A DNA stretch of 64,000 nucleotides, taken from contig NC_088810.1 of NCBI RefSeq assembly GCF_011386835.1, positions 7,564,001 through 7,628,000 of the forward strand, read 5' to 3'. Source of the DNA: Chrysemys picta bellii. Taxonomy: Eukaryota. Below are positions 11,224-22,810 of this stretch, piece after piece. The notes below the pieces were generated by a model. The model saw nothing but the letters and a program-made list of their open reading frames with translations, was not told the origin of the DNA and ran no database searches. Position 1 is the first letter of the stretch, and the number at the start of each line of letters is the position of its first letter. The position numbers were made by a program, and so were the translations under genes.

Positions 11224-13542
11224 TGTGATGGATGTGACAGGTTCCTCCCCCCTGGGATGCCACTTGGAAATGGGGTACTACTGAGCCCCCTGATCCACCA
11301 GCCTGGGCTCCCTCTCACACTGTACTGCTGTGACAAGCTACAAAGCCCTCCAGCCTGCACTTTCCCCAGCACACAGATGGCAGGGACACACCCAGCTTCT
11401 CAGGCACACACCCTCTCTGGAGTATAAACCCAAACTGTACATCATAAGTTCATAAAATTTGCCTCCTCCCCCAATGTGGAGAGGAATATGCAACAGCGTT
11501 TTGCCCCTGAATTGTGATTCCCACACACTGGTTTAGATAAAGAAAAAAAAAAAGTTTATTAACTACAAATGATAGATTTGAAGTGATTATAAGGAATAGC
11601 AATCAGATCAAAGGAGATGACCTAGCAAATAAACAAAAAAACGTGAACTAAGCTTAATATACTAAATAGATTGGATCTGAGTAGCAGATTCTCACCCTAA
11701 GAGATGATACGAGCAGGCTGCAGATTCTAAATGGACAAGCTGCACTTGCTTTACAGCTTGGAATCCCCAGGCGTTTCCTTCACAGGCTAGAAATCCCTTT
11801 AGCCCGGGTCCAGCACGTCCCCCAGATCAGTCTTTGTTCCTCTTGCGTTTCCAGGATTCTTCGTGTGTGGGGAGCGAAGAACACCAGATAATGTCACTCC
11901 CCACCTTTAATAGCTTTTGCATAGGGCGGGAACCCTTTGTTCCCAAAGCTTGGTTCCCATGCCCGGTCAATGGAAAAACAGTGTCATCCCAAAATGGAGT
12001 CAAGAGACATGCGATCACATCCCATGGCCTTGTAGAGTCGTAGCAGCCATGACTCAGAGGCTGTTTGTAATGTTCTCCCCAGGTGGGAGATAAGCTTCTC
12101 CTAAAGCCTATTGTTTTTTTTCCTAATGGCTCATTGCTCTGAATAGACCCTTCCCCACTCACTAGCTAGACTGAAAACATCTTGTCTAGTGGGTGTTACC
12201 CACGTGTAACTAAATTTGAAATACAGATACATGATTCATAGTCATAGCTTCAGATACAAAAATGATACATGCATACAAATAGGACAAGCATATTCAGCAA
12301 ACTATAACTTTTCCAATGACATCTCACATGACCCATCTTGAATAAAATGCATCATAATTGTGCCATAATCATATCATAATAATATTACTGTGAAGAATAT
12401 GGGGTGCAGTGTCACAACGGGATCCCTGGGGTGCAACCTGGAACTCAGGTACCACTAAGACCTCTGTCCCACCAGTCACGGCTCCCACGCACACTATAAT
12501 GCTGTGACAAGCTACAAACCTCTGGCAGGTACTGGACTTACATAGCCATCCCCAGGCAGGGACGCGCCCCTCTTAGTTACATGAATGCTGCCTTCGGGTA
12601 CTCATGAACCAACAACAGAGAGGCTCCAGCCAATTCTCCCCAGCCTAGGACCCCAGACCTGTACCGTCCTGCCATGGTCAGAAGCCTGAGCAGTGTCAGT
12701 TCTTTGCCCAGTCCGCCCCCCTCGCCCCTGGAGAGGACATGCACACGCCTTTTGTTAACTGAGCTAAGATTTCCAAGCATTTCAAGCAAAATTCATTGTT
12801 TTAAATAAAGTATAACACAGATTTATTAACTGCAGATAGAGAGAATTTAAGTGATTATAAGTGGTAGGTATAAAAAGCAGCAATAGTTTACCAAAGGAAA
12901 CTAACTAAGCGTGAAATCTAAAACTTCAATCTCTAAGACACTAGGCAGTATTTAGATCTAGCAGTTTTCTCCACTCAATGGATGTTACAGTTCACAATTC
13001 ACAGGTTTCTCTCTTGTCTCCTCTGCTGAAGTTCTCTCTGTTCTCAGCGTCCTTGTTGCTTGCAGTGTAGGTGGGGGAGGAGAAAAGGCCAAGCCATGCA
13101 GCCTCTGTCCCTTATTTTATATCCTAAGCCCATGTGTTTAAAAGACACTAAGCCAGACCTGTCCTGATGGGCTTAGCTGAGTCACAGTGATCAAGTAAAT
13201 CCCCCATTGTGTGGTGCTTCTGCAACTGTCATTGAATTGTAAATCCCTTGATTGCAACACCCCTGTTGATGAATGGCCAGTGAACGCCCACCTGGGAGGG
13301 GGTCACCACCCTTGTAGGAAGGACTCTCAAACTTACAACATATTTCATTGACAACAAAACAGTAAAATCTTATAACTTCATGCACACTAAAGATACACAT
13401 ATTTGGACAGAACAACGGCTTTCAGCAGATCGTGACCTTTAATATGATATCTCACATGCATGCTTTGTATGACACATAACAATCATATGACATTGGTGAA
13501 TACGGGGTTCCAAGATGTTGCTTTGGGGTACAGAGTGCCACA
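11224..13542. mobile_element. Intronic solo LTR (outer) with a nested LTR
   Basis: Reconstructs to TGTG|ACGGGATCCC...TGCCACA with flanks CAGGG/GAGGG. Same insertion site as 23990..25087. Confidence 0.75.
11233..12416. mobile_element. Solo LTR nested in the terminus of the outer LTR
   Basis: TGTGACAGG...GTGTCACA; decayed 5-bp TSD ATGGA/ACGGG. Absent from copies b and b'. Confidence 0.75.
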
Positions 13543-13726
13543 GAGGGGAGTGGGATCTAGTGGGTTGGAGGAGGAGGGGGCTGGAGCCAGGACTCCTGGG
13601 TCCTATCCCCAGCCCAGGGACAGTAGTGGAGTCTAGTGGGTTGGAGGTGGAGGGGGGTTGGCTACCAGGACTCCTGGGTTCCTTTGGCAACTGATGAGCC
13701 CATTCTCCTCTGTAGGAGTTGAGAGG

Positions 13727-14719
13727 ATGACTTTGAACGTTTCCATCCCACTGGTTCTCGCTGTCTACATCTTCACCTTCCTGACCGGCCTCCCGTCCAA
13801 CCTTCTGGCCTTCTACACCTTCCTGATGAAGGTCCGCCAGAAACCCACCCCCGTCGACATCCTTCTCCTCAACCTCACCGTCTCCGACATCTTCCTCCTC
13901 ATCTTCCTCCCCTTCAAGATGGTGGAGGCTGCCTCAGGCATGGAGTGGCTCTTGCCCCATTTCCTCTGCCCACTCACCAACTACTTGTACTTCAATAGCA
14001 TCTACCTCAGCTCCCTCTTCCTCATGGCCATCAGCGTTGATCGCTACCTGGGGGTGGCCTTTCCCATAAAGTACAGGCTCCGGCGTCATCTGGGTTACAC
14101 CGCTGCCACCTCCGTGGTCTTCTGGGTGGTGGTCTTCACCCACTGCAGCTTTGTCTACATTGTCCAATACGAGGTCCTGAGCCCCAATGGGACCGCAACC
14201 TCCAATAGCACGTCCCACTGCTATGAAAATTTTTCCCCTACACAGCTCCAGATCCTGCTCCCTGTCCGGCTGGAGTTCTTCGTCGTCCTCTTCTGCCTTC
14301 CCTTTACCATCACCATCTTTTGCTACATCAACTTCGTCCGCATCCTGGTGGGCTTGCCCAAGATCCCGGCCCAGAGGAAGCAGCGAGCCATGGGTCTGGC
14401 TCTGGCCACCTTGTTCAACTTCATAGTCTGCTTCACTCCCTACAACCTGTCCCACGTGGTGGGCTTTGTCCAGAACGAGAGCCCCTCCTGGAGGGTGTAC
14501 GTTCTTCTCCTCAGCACCCTCAATGCCGCCTTGGACCCCGCCATCTTCTACTTCTCCTCCACTGCTGTCCAACGGGCCTTCGCCAACTGCCTGGCCGGCC
14601 TGTGGCACAAACTCATCACCATCATGGCCTGGTGCCATCTCCCCTGCTTGAGTCGCTGCGGGGAAGGGGGCAGAGAGGTAGAGGTGACCAGTGAGATGGA
14701 GGCTGAGGAGTTGACTTGA
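13727..14719 (+). CDS. FFAR2: Free fatty acid receptor 2-like GPCR, copy a (330 aa from this ATG; main coding exon starts at 13716)
   Basis: 7TM ORF with GLPSN, LPFK (K2.60), DRYLGVAFP, H4.56, CYENF, PVR(5.39)LE, SH(6.55)VVG, WR(7.35), LDPAIFYFSS. Polypyrimidine acceptor 11 nt before the ATG. FFAR2 versus FFAR3 orthology needs a tree. Confidence 0.85.
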   Translation: MTLNVSIPLVLAVYIFTFLTGLPSNLLAFYTFLMKVRQKPTPVDILLLNLTVSDIFLLIFLPFKMVEAASGMEWLLPHFLCPLTNYLYFNSIYLSSLFLMAISVDRYLGVAFPIKYRLRRHLGYTAATSVVFWVVVFTHCSFVYIVQYEVLSPNGTATSNSTSHCYENFSPTQLQILLPVRLEFFVVLFCLPFTITIFCYINFVRILVGLPKIPAQRKQRAMGLALATLFNFIVCFTPYNLSHVVGFVQNESPSWRVYVLLLSTLNAALDPAIFYFSSTAVQRAFANCLAGLWHKLITIMAWCHLPCLSRCGEGGREVEVTSEMEAEELT

Positions 14720-14810
14720 CTTCCTGGATGAGACCGACTCTCTGCTTCCTCCGCAGATCCTTCCTTGTCCCATGCTCCGCAGAAGCAAGAGATCCTGCAC
14801 TTAAGTTAGG

Positions 14811-15286
14811 TGTGACAGGTTCCCCCCGCCTGGAACTGGGGTACCACTGAGCCTTCTGACCCACCAACCTCTCACACTGTGTTGCTGTGACAAGCTACCA
14901 AACCTGCCTACCTGCACTTTCGCGAGCATACATACTGGTAGGAACGCACCCAGCGGCAGTTACAAGCAGCTCTCTGACCAGCCCCTGCATGAGAAAGCTA
15001 CTCCCACCTCCTCAGGCACGCACCTCCCGCCCGCCCAGCCCCCCACCGGAGTATAAACCCAAAATTATACCGTCTTGTGCTGCACAGGCAACTGTACAGC
15101 GTAAGCTCATAAAATTCGCCCCCACCAGCAATGTGGAGAGGAATATGCAACAGCCGTTTGCTCCTGAGTTATGATTCCCAGGCACTGGTTTAAATAAAGC
15201 AAAAACAAGTTTATTAACTACAAAAGATAGATTCTAAGGGATTATACGGGATAGCAAACAGATCAAAGCAGATAAACAAAGAAACA
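14811..15286. mobile_element. 5' half of an LTR (family of 11233..12416), truncated
   Basis: Starts TGTGACAGGTTCC and is colinear with 11233..11640. Contains AATAAA at 15193..15198. Confidence 0.75.
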
Positions 15287-16174
15287 AACATCCACTGAGT
15301 GGAGAAAACTGCTAGATCTAAATACTGCCTAGTGTCTTAGAGGTTGAAGTTTCAATGGGGTCGGGCCCACAGTCAGAACGGGCCCTGGCGCCTGCCCCTC
15401 CACCCTGCTGCTCCCCGAGGCCCCACCCCCTCTCGGCCTCATCCCCCGAAACCCCTGCTCGCTGTTTGCTCCTCTCCGCCCCCCTCCCCCCCTCGCTCTC
15501 TGCTCGCTACTCTCCATCCCCTATGCCCCTGCAAACGACAGGCGGGGCCTCAAGGGCAAGAGGCTGAGCAGGGGCAGGGCTTTGGGACAGAAGGAGGGGC
15601 AGGGCCATGGTCTGGGCACCGGGGCCCACAAAAGATAAATCCGGCCCTGGCCCCGAGCGTTTGGCCAAACTCCCGCCGGACTTCGGCCTACTTCAGCTCC
15701 TCTCCGCCCCCTGTGCCCCATGCGAGCGACGGGTGGGGCCTCGAGGGCAAAAGGCTGAGCAGGGGCGGGGCTTTGGGGCAGAACGAGGGGTGGGGCCACA
15801 GACCAGGTGCTGGGGTCTAGAAAAGATTAATCTGGCCCTGGCCACGAGCGGTTGGCCAAGCGCCTCCCAGACTTCAGCCTACTTCAGCTTTGCAGTGGGT
15901 GGCCCAACTTCTGCAAGGATCCCTCTCAGTGTCAGGATCGCTATGGTGTCAAGGGCCTTCCTTTGCCGCTGCTGGCTCACAAGTGAAACATAGACCGATT
16001 TCAGCTGGAGGGTCCCTCCAGCGCCCTCCACCCACTCTGGATCTTTTCTTCTCCATGGTTGGGCCCACGGACAAGCAAGCACCTATGGGCTGTAACTGCA
16101 ACGGGGGAACCAAGTGGGGGTTGCTTGAGGGAGGGCAAACAGGCTGCGCTGAGCTTGTTCCATTTCAGGGGAAC

Positions 16175-16998
16175 TGTCAAGGCTGCTTCCCCACTCTGAA
16201 CTTTAGGGTACAAATGTGGGGGCCTGCATGAAAACTTCTAAGCTTAACTACCAGCTTAGATCTGATCCGCTGCCACCACTCTCGATGCTAATTCCCTTCC
16301 CTGGGTAGCCTTGAGAGACTCTTCACCAATTCCCTGGTGAATACAGATCCAAACCCCTTGGATTTTAAAACAAGGAGAAATTAACCATCCCCCCTCCTCC
16401 CTTCCACCAACTTCTGGTGGATCAAGATCCAGCCCCCTTGGATCTAAAAACAAGGAAAATCAATCAGGTTCTTAAAAAGAAGGCTTTTAATTAAAGAAAA
16501 AGGTAAAAATCATCTCTGTAAAATCAGGATGGAAAATAACTTTACAGGGTAATCAAACTTAAAGAGCCCAGAGGACCCCCCTCTAGCCTTAGGTTCAAAG
16601 TTACAGCAAACAGAGGTAAACACCCTGGTAAAAGGTACGTTTACAAGTTGAGAAAACAAAGATAAACTAACACTCCTTGCCTGGCTGTTTACTTACAAGT
16701 TTGAAATATGAGAGACTTGTTCAGAAAGATGTGGAGAGCCTGGATTGATGTCTGGTTCCTCTCGGTCCCAAGAGTGAACAACCCCCAAAACAAAGAGCAC
16801 AAACAAAAGCCCCCCCCCCCCCCCCCCAAGATTTGAAAGTATCTTGTCCCCTTATTGGTCCTTTAGGTCAGATGCCAGCCAGGTTACCTGAGCTTCTTAA
16901 CCCTTTACAGGTAAAAGGATTTTGGAGTCTCTGGCCAGGAGGGATTTTATAGTACTGTACACAGGAGAGCTGTTACCCTTCCCTTTATAGTTATGACA
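16175..16998. mobile_element. Solo LTR with perfect 5-bp TSD
   Basis: TGTCAAGG...TTATGACA flanked by GGAAC/GGAAC. Empty sites at ~1578 and ~21890. Confidence 0.9.
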
Positions 16999-18329
16999 GG
17001 AACCATTTAGTGGCAGATGAACAAGGACCAGGCTCTGTGGGCCCCGAGTTTGCCCTTGTTGAGCTATGGAGAGCTCCTCCTCCTTGGCCACTAGTAGTAG
17101 TGTGTGTTGGCCTCTGTGGAAATGTAGTTACTGCCTCGGTGGGACTGGAACTCAAGAGGCTACAGCCCAGCATGCTACTGCTTGAGCTAAAGTAGCAGTG
17201 CCGTGTGTTGGCGGCAGTAGTAAGGCTGTTATCTGCCATGTGGACGGGAAGGATTTGGACTCTGGACCTTCACCATCAACGCACGGCGCAAGCGGAAGGG
17301 CCGGCGCCGCTTGGTAGCAGCAGTGGGAACAGGCTGTTATTAATTAGGATTTGAACGCAGGACTTCCAGCACCACAATGAAAGGCTCACGTGATCTAAAG
17401 GCGGAGTGCCTTTTGCAGCGGTAGTAGGGCTGTTATCCTCTAGGTGGGTGGGGGATGGGTGATTAGCAGGCACACGTACAATGGACACTGGTCCCTGCAG
17501 GTCTGGACGTACAGCTGAGATCTCCCTCATGCAAGGTCCTGCATGTCCTCCCTTGGCTGGCGGATCTGGCACCCCCCAGGGGCAGTGGCTTTAGCTATGT
17601 ATTAAATAAAGTTATTGATTTATTACCCAATTGAGATTATATTCTTATTTTTCTTCAGGGCTAGTGGAGTGGGGTCTATGGGTTAGAGTCGGGGGTGCTG
17701 GGGACCAGGACTCCTGGGTTCTATCCATGGGAGGGGACCATGGCTAGGAAGTAGGACACACACACATTGTCACTGGCGACTTTTAATTAACTGCAGGGCG
17801 TGAATCTAGCACCGCAGGTGAGCAAATAGCATTTCTGTGGCGCCGATATTAACCAGGGGTTAATGGATAACTGGGCCGGGGCGGGCCTGGGGCAGCTTGG
17901 TGATCTCGCATGGGCAGCTGGAGGAACAACTGGCTTCCAGGCCATGGGACACTGCCACGGAGATGATCTTCCCCCCCCCCCCCCCCCCCGCACTCCCCGG
18001 AGAGCAGGAGCCCACTCACACAGCCCCCTGTAAACACAAACTGTAAGCGGTGGCAGAGCTCGGGGGGAGCCCATGGCTTGCCTAGCAGGGGGCTGCGGGT
18101 CGGGAGTGGCACCAGCAGAGTGCAGGTGTGGGGGGGGACATGCTGGGAGAACAGGGGGCTGCAAGCAGAATTGGACTTGTTTTTGTTAAAGTTGCTTTCA
18201 TTTTTGGAGCGTTGGGGGTTTGGGCTTTGTTTGATTTGGAGGTGGCTGATTTGGCCTTGAAGGTCGACTGGGCTGGGCTGCCTCCCCTCTAAGATCTCAC
18301 CGCTCTGCTTGCACCCTGTGCAGGGTCCG

Positions 18330-19012
18330 GGCGGTGCGGGGGGAGGCAGGATCTGCTGCTGCTCAGTGAAAACACTGGGCCGTTAAAAGTCCTGTCGGCG
18401 GCGCAGCAGGGCTAAGGCAGGTTTCCTGCCTGCTCAGGCTCCGTGCGGCTCCTGGAAGTGGCTGGCATGTCCGGCCCCTAGGCACAGGGGTGATCAGGGA
18501 AGCTCCGCGTGCTGCCCCCGTCCCCAGCGCCAGCTCTGCAGCTCATATTGGCTGGGAACGGCAGCCAATGGGAGCTGCGGGGGCGGTGCCTGTGGACACG
18601 GGCAGCGCTCACTGCGCAGAGCTGCCTGGCTGCGCCTCCGCCTAGGGGCCGCACATGCCAGTCACTTCCGGGAGCAGTGCGGAGCCAGGGGAGGCAGGGA
18701 ACCGCCAGAGGTAAGCACCGTCCAGCCGGAGCCCGAACGCTCAACCCCCTGCCCCAGCACTGAGCCCCCTCCCAGTCCCCAAACCCTCATCCCTGACCCC
18801 ACCCCAGAGCCCACACCTCCCGCTTGAGCCCACACCACCTCCTGCTCCAGCCCAGCGAAAGTGAGTGAGGGTGGGGGAGAGCGAGCGACGAAGAGAGGGG
18901 GTCTGGAGTGAGCAGGGGGGTGAGGCCTCAGAGAAGGAGTGGGGAAGGGGCGGGGCCTCGGGGGCGGGGCAAGGGTGTTCGGTTTTGTGCAATTAGAAAG
19001 ATGGCAACCCTA
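18330..19012. mobile_element. hAT MITE fragment (one TIR)
   Basis: Ends ...TTAGAAAGATGGCAACCCTA. Left boundary uncertain. Confidence 0.55.
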
Positions 19013-19063
19013 CCAGCCAAGTGAGGTGCTGAGTGCAAGTCCTTGCGCCCCAGGCCCAGAGAG

Positions 19064-19069
<6 letters not shown>

Positions 19070-19100
<31 letters not shown>
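19070..19100. repeat. (CA)n microsatellite
   Basis: Direct reading. Confidence 0.9.
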
Positions 19101-19102
<2 letters not shown>

Positions 19103-20439
19103 CCTATTGTGAGCTCCGTTGGACGTGGGATGCTGCAGCGCTGGCAGGGACATAGTGCGGGAAAGCCCCCCCTCCCCCTCCAGCTCCTTGCAGTGTGTGT
19201 GGGGGCAAACACTGCATGCAAGCCCCACTCCCCTCCCCCAAGCTCCTTACAGTGGGGTTGGGGGGGGGCAAATTCATGAACTTTCTGGCCCACCCACTTG
19301 ACTCAGCCTATAATGCAAGTACACACACATTTCCTATTGTCATATTTTTACTTCTGAAAGGGGCTGGGCTCGGCTTGAAAGGCAGTGCCGCTTTTTCCTC
19401 TTGTGAGACTCGGCAACACTCCCCCCCACTATACAGCCCCCCCTAGTGCCACCTGGGACATCAGGGCCAGCACTGACGGCCAGGGGAGAGCCCCCACCCC
19501 GCCTACTGCAGCACAGCGCCCCCTAGCGCCATACTGGGGTCTGCAGAGAGTTCACCCCACTGAGCGCGCACACACTGTCCCATATGGCTGTTGTGAGCAT
19601 GTGGTGTGTGCATGTCCTATGGGAGTGTTTGTGTGGTGAGATTTTGTGCAGCTGTGTGTGTGTGTACCTGCTGCTCCCTGCTGGAGGGGACGAGCCCTGA
19701 ACTGTGTGTGTATAAACAGACACACCTCCCTCCCAGCCATCCCTCCCCACACACCCCTTCCCACCCCCACCCCCAAACTCCACTGGCCCCAGCAATCCCT
19801 GCCAGGGGCGTGCGGGAGCCCATTACACACACACACACCCCGACAGGACACAGGGACACAACCACACAGCCAGCTGCACCGCACCCCTCCTCCCCACATC
19901 CTCCGAGTGCCAAGATGGGAACAGGCGTCCAAGGGAGAGACAGCCCCTGATGTAAACCATTGTGGTCAGCCAGACACTCCCCCCAGCTCTACCGGTGCCC
20001 CTCAATGCCAACCCACAGGCCGCAGCCCCCTGCTAGCCCAGCCCTGGGCTCCCCCCGCAGCTCTGCCGGTGCCCTTCAATATCAACCCGCAGCCGCTTGC
20101 TGTCCCAGCCCTGGGATCCCCCACAACTCCACACACAGATCCCCTCCCCGCTGCCCATGTGCGTGAGGGGTTGGGAGCCCCTGTGTGGGTGGGGGGGTGT
20201 TTGCAATGCAGCGGGGGGGGAGGGGCGCTCCCTGTGCGTGTCTGCACCGCGTGCATTTGTTTATTTGCTAACAGCTGCTCCGGGGAGCTCGCTGTGCCAT
20301 GAGGTTTGCTGGGTCTCAGCCCCATTCGGAGAGGAGCTGACCTGCACCCAGCTCCCTCCCCTCCCCCCGCCGACCTCCCGAGGAGCTGGCCAGGCCACAG
20401 TGACTGAGAAGCCGCGCGGACTTCCTCTGTTCTGAGGAA

Positions 20440-20796
20440 ATGCCGGGGCCGCCTGAGGTCACTGGAGCCTGCACCCCGAACCCTCTCCCATGCCCCAACC
20501 CCCTGCTCCAGCCCTGAGTCCCCCATCCCCCTGCACTCCAAACCCCTCAGCCCCAGCCTGGAGCCCCCTCCTGCTCCCTAAACCCCTCATCACCAGCCCC
20601 ACCCCAGAGCCCGCACCCCAAGCTGGAGCCCTCACCCACTCCCGCACCCCAACCCCCTCCCACAGCCCAGTGAAAATGAGCGAGTGAGCAAAGGTGGGGG
20701 GATTGCGTGAGCGGGGTCAGGGCCTTGGAGAACGTGCAGGGCAGGGCGCGAGGCAAGGGTGTTCAGTTTTCTGCAATTAGAAAGTTGGCAACCCTA
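20440..20796. mobile_element. hAT MITE fragment (one TIR)
   Basis: Ends ...TTAGAAAGTTGGCAACCCTA; same family as 18330..19012. Left boundary uncertain. Confidence 0.55.
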
Positions 20797-22810
20797 GTGG
20801 GTGGGCTCTTGCTCTGGGGAAGCCCCGGGGGTGGGGGTGTCAGGTCCGTGGCAGCGTCCCATGGCCTGGGACCTGGTGGTTCATGTGAAATCCCCTGGCT
20901 GCCCCAGGCTCTGCCCAGGCCAGTTATCCATTAACCCCGGTTAATATCAGCACTACAGAGATACTATTTGCTCACCTGCGGTACCAGATTCACGCCCTGC
21001 CATTAATTGAAAGTCGCCAGTGACAATACGTGTGAGGCCTAGCAATGGTCACTTCCCATGGATAGAATCCAGGAGTCCTACCCCCAACAACTCTAACCCA
21101 TAGACCCCACTCCCTTCCCAAAACTGGGGATAGAACCCATAAGTCCTGGCTCCCAGACCCCACTCACCCCCTCCCCCGACACTAACTCACTAGACCTCAC
21201 CCCAGACCCGAAGGATAAGAAAATAATCTCCGTTGGATAATAAATAAATTATATTATTTAATATGTAGCTAAAGCCACTGCCCCTGGGGGGCGCCAGATC
21301 TGCCAGCGAAGGGAGGAGGTGCAGGACCTTGCGCGAGGGAGATCTCAGCTCTATGTCCAGACCTGGAACAGACCCGCAGGGACCAGTGTCCATTGTACGT
21401 GTGCCTGCTAAACGCCCATCCCCCACCCACCTGGAGGATAACAGCCCTACTACCGCTGTAAAAGGCACTCCGCTTTTAGATCACGTGAGCCCGTCACTGT
21501 GGTGCTGGAAGTCCTGCGTTCAAATCCTTGTTAATAACAGCCTGTTCCCACTGCTGCTACCAAGCGGTGCCGGCCCTTCCGCTTGCACCGTGCATTGATG
21601 GTGAAGGTCCAGAGTCCAAATCCTTCCCATCCACATGGCAGATAATAGCCTTACTACTGCCGCCAACACATGGCACTGCTACTTTAGCTCAAGCAGTAGC
21701 GTGCTGGGCTGTAGCCTCTTGAGTTCCAGTCCCACCGAGGCAGTAACTACATTTCCACAGAGGCCAACACACACTAATAATAGTGGCCAAGGAGGAGGAG
21801 TTCTCCATAGCTTAACAAGGGCAAACTCGGGGTCCACAGGCCCCTCACGGAGCCTGGTCCTTGTTCATCTGCCACTAAATGGTTCCCCTGAAATGGGACC
21901 TGCTCATCCCAGCCTGTTTGCCCTCCCTCAAGCAACCCCCACTTGGTTCTCCCCTTGCAGTTACAGCCCATAGTAGCTTGTTTGCCCGTGGGCCCAACCA
22001 TGGGGAAGGAAAGACTTGGAGTGGGTGGACAGTGATGAAATAGGCCAACTACTTATGTGCCAGCAGTGGCAAAGGAAGGCCCTTGACGCCATGGCAACCC
22101 TGACACTGAGAGAGGCAGGATCTTTGAGGAAGTTGGGCCACTCACTCCAAAGCTGAAGTAGGCCGAAGTCTGGGGGGGCGCTTGGCCAACCGCTCGTGGC
22201 CAGGGCCAAGGATGGACCGTGGCCCCAGCCCTCGCTCTGCCCCAAGGCCCAGCCCCTGCTCAGCCTCTTCTCCCCTGAGGCCCCGCCCGCCACTCGCACC
22301 GGGTGTAAGGGGTGGAGAGGACTGAAGCGGGGGGAAGCTGGGGAGGGGGTGGAGAGGAGCTAACAGTGAGCAATGGCTCTGGAGGAACAGGCTCAGATGG
22401 GCACGGGGGGGGGCTCAGGCTCCAGCAGGGGGGTGGGGCCAAAGTCCCAGCACCAGGGCCCCTTCTAAGTGTGGGCCCGCTCCCGTTGACGCCATTGTAA
22501 ACCCGGTACTGCTCATGGCCCGGCAGCGGAAAAGGAAGGACCTTGACCCCAACTGGAGGTCGGCCAAACCCCTGTGCAAGTTTGGCCAACCACACTGAAG
22601 CTCAGGTAGGCCAAAGCCATGTGGAAGTTGGGCACCAACTCCAAGCCCCGCCGCACGCTGCTGTCTGAGGAGGCCTACGGCCCTCTCGGGAGGTGCAGGG
22701 AAGGACAGAAGATGCCGTCCCGGGCTCAAGGGCAGGATCTCTTGCTCCTGCGGTGCATGGGACAAGGAAGGCTCTGCGGAGGAAGCAGAGAGTCAGTCTC
22801 ATCCTGGGGG

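Noticed and set aside
13658-13726. N-terminal extensions in the ORF track (MATRTPGFLWQL...; MGWRERG... at 23896 and 55429)
   Set aside because: They run through MIR-head repeat and the polypyrimidine tract upstream of a clear acceptor, so they are most likely intronic.
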